From UHGV virus genome UHGV-0277504: a stretch of 64,000 bases of DNA; one strand, written 5' to 3'. Under the pieces are notes generated by a model. It did no database searches. It was not told the origin of the DNA and saw nothing but the letters and a program-made list of their open reading frames with translations. Each line of letters starts with the position of its first letter. Position 1 is the stretch's first letter. The position numbers and the translations under genes were made by a program. Positions 59,181-64,000 of this stretch are shown one piece after another. This DNA is from a virus.

Positions 59181-60794
59181 TTATTGATAACCACTCTCTC
59201 TTTTCAATCTATTATAATCTAGCATACCATAAGAAGTTAATGGAATCAAGTCCTCTAAGTTATATTTAGTTAAAATATGTTTAACATCTTTGATATTTAC
59301 TTCATAACCCATGAAGTCAGCAAACATTCTCAAAACATAATAGGTAGAACTATTCTTACTAAGTACAAGGTAGTCATAAGCTACTGAAGTAAGATTTGAA
59401 ATATCTTGCTTAGTTAAATTTATTAAGTCTGCATTATCAGATACTAATCCTATGTTAATTAAATTATCTTTTAATGGGATATTATTAAGTTCTAATTCTG
59501 ATATTATATGGTGTCTTTGCATAGGGAATAAAGAAGTACGTACATTACTTGAAAAACTAGTTGGTGCATACTCATTAATAATAAGTTGCTTAACAAATTT
59601 ATTAATTACTTTTGCTTCTTCTTTTTCCATATCTTTAATTGATTTATCTACTTTATCACTAAAGTTTAATAAAGTCAAGTGTTTATTATCTCTTACAAAA
59701 CCGAATTCTAAATCCTCTAAATCTAATGCTTTTTCAAACATTGTGTCAATATCATGTATTTCATCATTTAATTTTGACATATACATTTGCTGTAACTGAT
59801 TTAATGCTGGATTATTCTTATATATAGTTGAATCTACTAATAACTCAGTATCTCCTAAATGTCTCTGTGTGTTATTTACATTTTTCTTTATAGTATCTAT
59901 ATATTTATAGTATTGTTCAAAATATTTATCAGAATTAAAATAATTAGGCATAGGAATATTTATACTAGAATTTGTATTTTCATACACATAAGATACATTA
60001 TTAAATACATTTTGCATATAAAGAAAAACATTAAAATTATTTAAATCTTTTATTTTATTATAAAAATTATAGAAAGTGTTAAATGTTTTACTACCAAAGA
60101 AATTATCGGATACACTATTTTTAGATAAAAATACAACTAATTGATTTTTATAAAACTCTATATACTTTTTATGATGTTTTACTTGGTATGGTTCTAAGTC
60201 ATTTTTTTCTATTCTTCTTTCATGAAAATCTCGTCTAGCGTTCATGTGTGCTATACAATACGTATCATAGAGTTTGCATAATATATAAGCTTTATAAAAC
60301 CCTTCAGGGTCATAAGACATATTAAATACTTCTTTAGAAGGATAATTCATATTGCTTAGCTCTAAATTCATATCTAGTATAATACGTCTATTCTTATCTT
60401 TGATAGCCTTATATTTTGCCATCTCTTGTTTAGTTCGTCTTCTATTTTCTTTTCTTTGATAAGTATATGTAGGGAAGTGTTTATCTCTTAAATCTTTAGC
60501 ATATTTCTGTGCTGATTGTATAATATTATCGTTACTCTTATTAAATTCTACAAGGTCTTCTGTATTAAATCTCTCTTTAATAAGTGTAATAACAATACCA
60601 CCGTTGTGACCTTTTTTAGTAGCTACTGCTATTTTATTCTCTTCTTCTAATTTTTTAAGATTGTTATTAATAGTTGATACAGATACACCTACTGATTCAG
60701 CTATTTTTTTCTTTGTTGATATAGTAAATATATTGTCTTTAGAATTAGATTCTAAATAGTCTAGTAGTTTTCTTTTTGTCTTAACACTTCCCAT
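59181..60794 (-). CDS. HTH DNA-binding protein, possible replication initiation protein
   Basis: N-terminal HTH IAESVGVSVSTINNNLKKL; location between the two helicases. Confidence 0.45.
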   Translation of the reverse strand: MGSVKTKRKLLDYLESNSKDNIFTISTKKKIAESVGVSVSTINNNLKKLEEENKIAVATKKGHNGGIVITLIKERFNTEDLVEFNKSNDNIIQSAQKYAKDLRDKHFPTYTYQRKENRRRTKQEMAKYKAIKDKNRRIILDMNLELSNMNYPSKEVFNMSYDPEGFYKAYILCKLYDTYCIAHMNARRDFHERRIEKNDLEPYQVKHHKKYIEFYKNQLVVFLSKNSVSDNFFGSKTFNTFYNFYNKIKDLNNFNVFLYMQNVFNNVSYVYENTNSSINIPMPNYFNSDKYFEQYYKYIDTIKKNVNNTQRHLGDTELLVDSTIYKNNPALNQLQQMYMSKLNDEIHDIDTMFEKALDLEDLEFGFVRDNKHLTLLNFSDKVDKSIKDMEKEEAKVINKFVKQLIINEYAPTSFSSNVRTSLFPMQRHHIISELELNNIPLKDNLINIGLVSDNADLINLTKQDISNLTSVAYDYLVLSKNSSTYYVLRMFADFMGYEVNIKDVKHILTKYNLEDLIPLTSYGMLDYNRLKRESGYQ

Positions 60795-60809
60795 AATACT
60801 TATCCTTCC

Positions 60810-63800
60810 TTACATTTTTCTAATTTCAAATTCTTCTTCCTTATAAATTTTCTCACGCTCTTTTGAATGGTGGAATAAAAATCTATTAGTCATATCTGCA
60901 AAATCATAAATTTGTGTTGTATTATCATCTTTCTTTTTACGTAAAGCACGACCTACACGTTGTAATACTTGTCTTAATGATTTACCACCTGCTCCTAGTA
61001 TAAGTGAGTTAATACCTGAAATATCTACACCCTCATCTATTAAGCTTGTAGCAATCATTACTTTTAATTTACCGCTACGCATATCATTTAGTTTTTGTTT
61101 ACGTATCTCAGAATCAACTTCACCATGTAAAAAATAATGTTCTACATTTAAACCATCTAGTAATTCCGATATATTATTTCCATGGTCTATAAAGTTTACT
61201 ATAATAAGTATCCCTTTGTCCTCATTATACCACTTCTCTGTTAATTTTGCAATAAGTTTATTCCTAAAATTATTATTTATTATACCTTTCTCATAAGCAA
61301 CTCGATACTCATCTATATTATCAATATCATTAGGGTTGGCTATAGGTATAATATTTATTGTAGGTTTAGCTGAATGACCTTCTTCTATAAGTTGTTTATT
61401 CGTTACTCTAGATATAACATCTCCGAATAAACCTTGCATACGCATCCACAAAAGCTCATCTTTTTTATCAATGGAGCCTGTTAAAGCTATTCTATATAAC
61501 GCATTTTCACAAGTCATTAAATTGTTATACCAAGTATCTGATTTTGAGTGATGTGCTTCATCTACAATCATAACCGTTATAGTATCTAAAAACTCACGCA
61601 TACGATGATACTTATCATATTTTTTCTTATTCTTATTTCTTACTATATTTTGAAAGTTAGCGTTATGATTTTTTAATCTCATAAGCACTTCATTGTCATT
61701 CTTACAAGATTTATAAATACCGATAAGTTCATCTTTAACCGTTTGTTCTACTTTGGTTTTTGGTATAAAATTATCTAATAACATACCTAGTAGTTTCTTC
61801 TGGTTTGTACCTCCTTCAAACTTAGGTAAAAACTCAGTAGCAATCTTCTTACTTATATTCTGTTTAGGTGTTAGTTTAACGCCTTGTGTAGGGTCTTTAA
61901 GGTTAGCGTTAAGTGTAGGTACCATAACAACTGTTACTTGCTGTATATTAAATTGACCTGCTCCTACTTTACCTATAGGTATATTTAATCTTTGCTTTAA
62001 TCTATCTGCTGATTGATGAAAAATTTCTGTAGAACCTGTAAAGAAAGCTATTCTTTCTCCTCTTTCTAATTGAGGTAATAGTTGGTCTATAATACCACTA
62101 GCAATCTCGGTATTATGATTAACAACTGTATTAGAAATAAAACTATGTGTTTTTGGCATACATACATCGAATGTAGGTATAATCTCCTCTTCTAATACTT
62201 GTTCTACTTTCTGGTAATAGATATTCTTATCTGTTATACTTTCAAAAAGTTCTTTAATTTCCTTATCTCCGTCAGGGTATAATGCTACTACTTCTCTAAG
62301 TTTATCAATAGTAATAGTGTCTCTTGAAAGATACTTACTAAATTCTTTTTTATCTATATTTAAAGAATCTCTATATTTTTTTAGTAAATAACGTGACCCT
62401 TCTATAGTGTTTCCATAAGAACTTTTAATTTTTGTACCAATAGATAGGAAGTTCTCTTTTTGAGTTTTTCTTTGTTGTGTTTCGAATCTTAATAAAGGTA
62501 ATAATTTAATTAATTCTTTTCTATTAACTATAAGTCTATAATAGTTATTGTGTTTGTATTTTTTAACTACTTTTTCTTTACTAGTTGATACAATCCCTAT
62601 ATTAGAAAGAATAAGTTGTAAGTCTTTTATTAAATCTTTAGAAGCACTCGTAACTTCTAAGTTCTTTTCTGATATGCTGGACTCACATTCTAAGTAACCA
62701 CTTACAAATGCTAATTGAATATTTTCAGGGGCTTCCATAATACACTTAGGTATTCTTTTATCTTTTGCTACTCCATATTCAATTTTATATTTATCGTGAA
62801 ATTCCCTAGTTTTTATTGTATCATGTAAGTGTATAGTTATACCTTTAGATTCTTTATGTGTATCATAATAAACTTCCTTATTACTGAAAGTATTCCAGAA
62901 TTTAGAAACTTTATCTAGTATCTCTTTTTTATCGTTAGAAAATGACAAACGACTGTAAGAACCTAAATAACTGTCAGCTACCATACAACCTAATGCATAG
63001 GCTTCCTCTTCATTTTCTACGGTATTGTTGTTACCAAATTGACGGTCTCCTACTCTAGATACTAAAATATCTCCGACTTCAATATCTTCACTTTTTTTCC
63101 ATTTAAGATTAAAACCCTCTCTAACTAATAAGGGGTGATTATAAGTATTAACTAACTCAATACCTTTATTAGTTTTTATTCTCTTTGTAGGTTTTTCTCC
63201 ATTCTTAGTAAAATGACTAGTATACTCAACTTCACCATAACGATTTATTAATGGGTATTTTAATTCTATGACTTTTTCTTTATTATCTACTTTAACTCCC
63301 TGAGTTTCAAAAATCTCTTGAAGAGACTTATACCCTTCTGTAGTTAAAATCATAGAATCCATAGAAATACATTTACCTCCGTTTGTACTTATATGAAGTA
63401 TACCGTTAAAGTAAGTTAAACTATTGAATACAGCATCGTATTGGTAATCTCTTAAAGTTATTTGACCTACATTATCATCTAGTAAATTAATTTCCTTATC
63501 TATGTCTTCTTCAGCTAAGAAACTCTCATCACGTTCATCAGTTATTCCATATTGAAAATTATATCTAGACTGTAGCTCTCCTAATAACTCTTGTACTTTA
63601 AATAGTAGTCCTGTAGGGAATCTATCTCTATCGTACTCATAGAAATCTATATAACCATCCCACTGACCTCTTTTATACGCTGGACTATATTGAAACCCTT
63701 CCTGTCTTGCACCTAATGTTGTGTGCATCCTTTTTAAAATAATATCTTTTAAATAACTATCTCCCTCCTCAAATTCTATATAAGTATATAAGTTTTTAAC

Positions 63801-63812
63801 ATGTAATTTCAT
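60810..63812 (-). CDS. DEAD/DEAH-box (SF2) helicase interrupted by an intein
   Basis: Motif II IVDEAHH and downstream helicase motifs; Walker A ISTNGGK|T is split by a 420-aa insertion beginning with Cys and ending HN. Confidence 0.75.
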   Translation of the reverse strand: MKLHVKNLYTYIEFEEGDSYLKDIILKRMHTTLGARQEGFQYSPAYKRGQWDGYIDFYEYDRDRFPTGLLFKVQELLGELQSRYNFQYGITDERDESFLAEEDIDKEINLLDDNVGQITLRDYQYDAVFNSLTYFNGILHISTNGGKCISMDSMILTTEGYKSLQEIFETQGVKVDNKEKVIELKYPLINRYGEVEYTSHFTKNGEKPTKRIKTNKGIELVNTYNHPLLVREGFNLKWKKSEDIEVGDILVSRVGDRQFGNNNTVENEEEAYALGCMVADSYLGSYSRLSFSNDKKEILDKVSKFWNTFSNKEVYYDTHKESKGITIHLHDTIKTREFHDKYKIEYGVAKDKRIPKCIMEAPENIQLAFVSGYLECESSISEKNLEVTSASKDLIKDLQLILSNIGIVSTSKEKVVKKYKHNNYYRLIVNRKELIKLLPLLRFETQQRKTQKENFLSIGTKIKSSYGNTIEGSRYLLKKYRDSLNIDKKEFSKYLSRDTITIDKLREVVALYPDGDKEIKELFESITDKNIYYQKVEQVLEEEIIPTFDVCMPKTHSFISNTVVNHNTEIASGIIDQLLPQLERGERIAFFTGSTEIFHQSADRLKQRLNIPIGKVGAGQFNIQQVTVVMVPTLNANLKDPTQGVKLTPKQNISKKIATEFLPKFEGGTNQKKLLGMLLDNFIPKTKVEQTVKDELIGIYKSCKNDNEVLMRLKNHNANFQNIVRNKNKKKYDKYHRMREFLDTITVMIVDEAHHSKSDTWYNNLMTCENALYRIALTGSIDKKDELLWMRMQGLFGDVISRVTNKQLIEEGHSAKPTINIIPIANPNDIDNIDEYRVAYEKGIINNNFRNKLIAKLTEKWYNEDKGILIIVNFIDHGNNISELLDGLNVEHYFLHGEVDSEIRKQKLNDMRSGKLKVMIATSLIDEGVDISGINSLILGAGGKSLRQVLQRVGRALRKKKDDNTTQIYDFADMTNRFLFHHSKEREKIYKEEEFEIRKM
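62112..63371 (-). other. intein (420 aa) with LAGLIDADG-type endonuclease domain in the helicase P-loop
   Basis: Block A CISMDSMILT, block B TYNHPLL, C-terminal VVNHN followed by Thr; internal AYALGCMVADS and LAFVSGYLECES DOD-like motifs. Confidence 0.7.
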
Positions 63813-64000
63813 ATTAATCTCCTCACATACCTTACACTTGTTTTATTATAGCACAAATAGTAATAAATTGCAAATAAAAAAAGACTAAGTTTTTAACTTA
63901 GTCTTAAATAGATAATCCAACTACTCGTTTAATGTATTGATTTTTATTATTATTTACTGCACTATCTTTAATAGTCCAAGTATCTCCTGAAATAGTTAAT

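Overview
This window is an AT-rich (about 30% GC) stretch of a large virulent phage genome. It reads as the reverse complement of the DNA replication and nucleotide-metabolism module of a Herelleviridae or Twort-like myovirus, most likely a Staphylococcus phage; this placement is inference from gene content, gene order and composition. Nearly all genes are tightly packed on the minus strand. From high to low coordinates the module runs: DEAH helicase containing an intein, HTH protein, TnpB, DnaB-like helicase, SbcD, SbcC, primase, Hjc-like resolvase, NrdI, NrdE, NrdF, thioredoxin-like protein, HU/IHF-like protein, family A DNA polymerase, RecA/UvsX-like recombinase, sigma-like factor, a second metallophosphoesterase, a second TnpB, a fused Pnkp-like RNA-repair enzyme, an SPFH/band-7 protein, and then many small early-type ORFs. 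Many genes carry their own sigma-A-like promoter (TTGACA-N17-TATAAT-like), and several promoters have their -35 hexamer in the loop of the preceding terminator hairpin. Six selfish elements are the standout feature: three group-I-type introns in recA-like, nrdE and polA (each with a different homing-endonuclease family: LAGLIDADG, GIY-YIG, HNH), an intein in the helicase P-loop, and two IS605-family TnpB genes. A Pnkp-type kinase-phosphatase-ligase protein, which suggests tRNA repair as counter-defence, and a repeated intergenic motif in the early-gene block are also notable. No rRNA, tRNA or CRISPR array was recognised.
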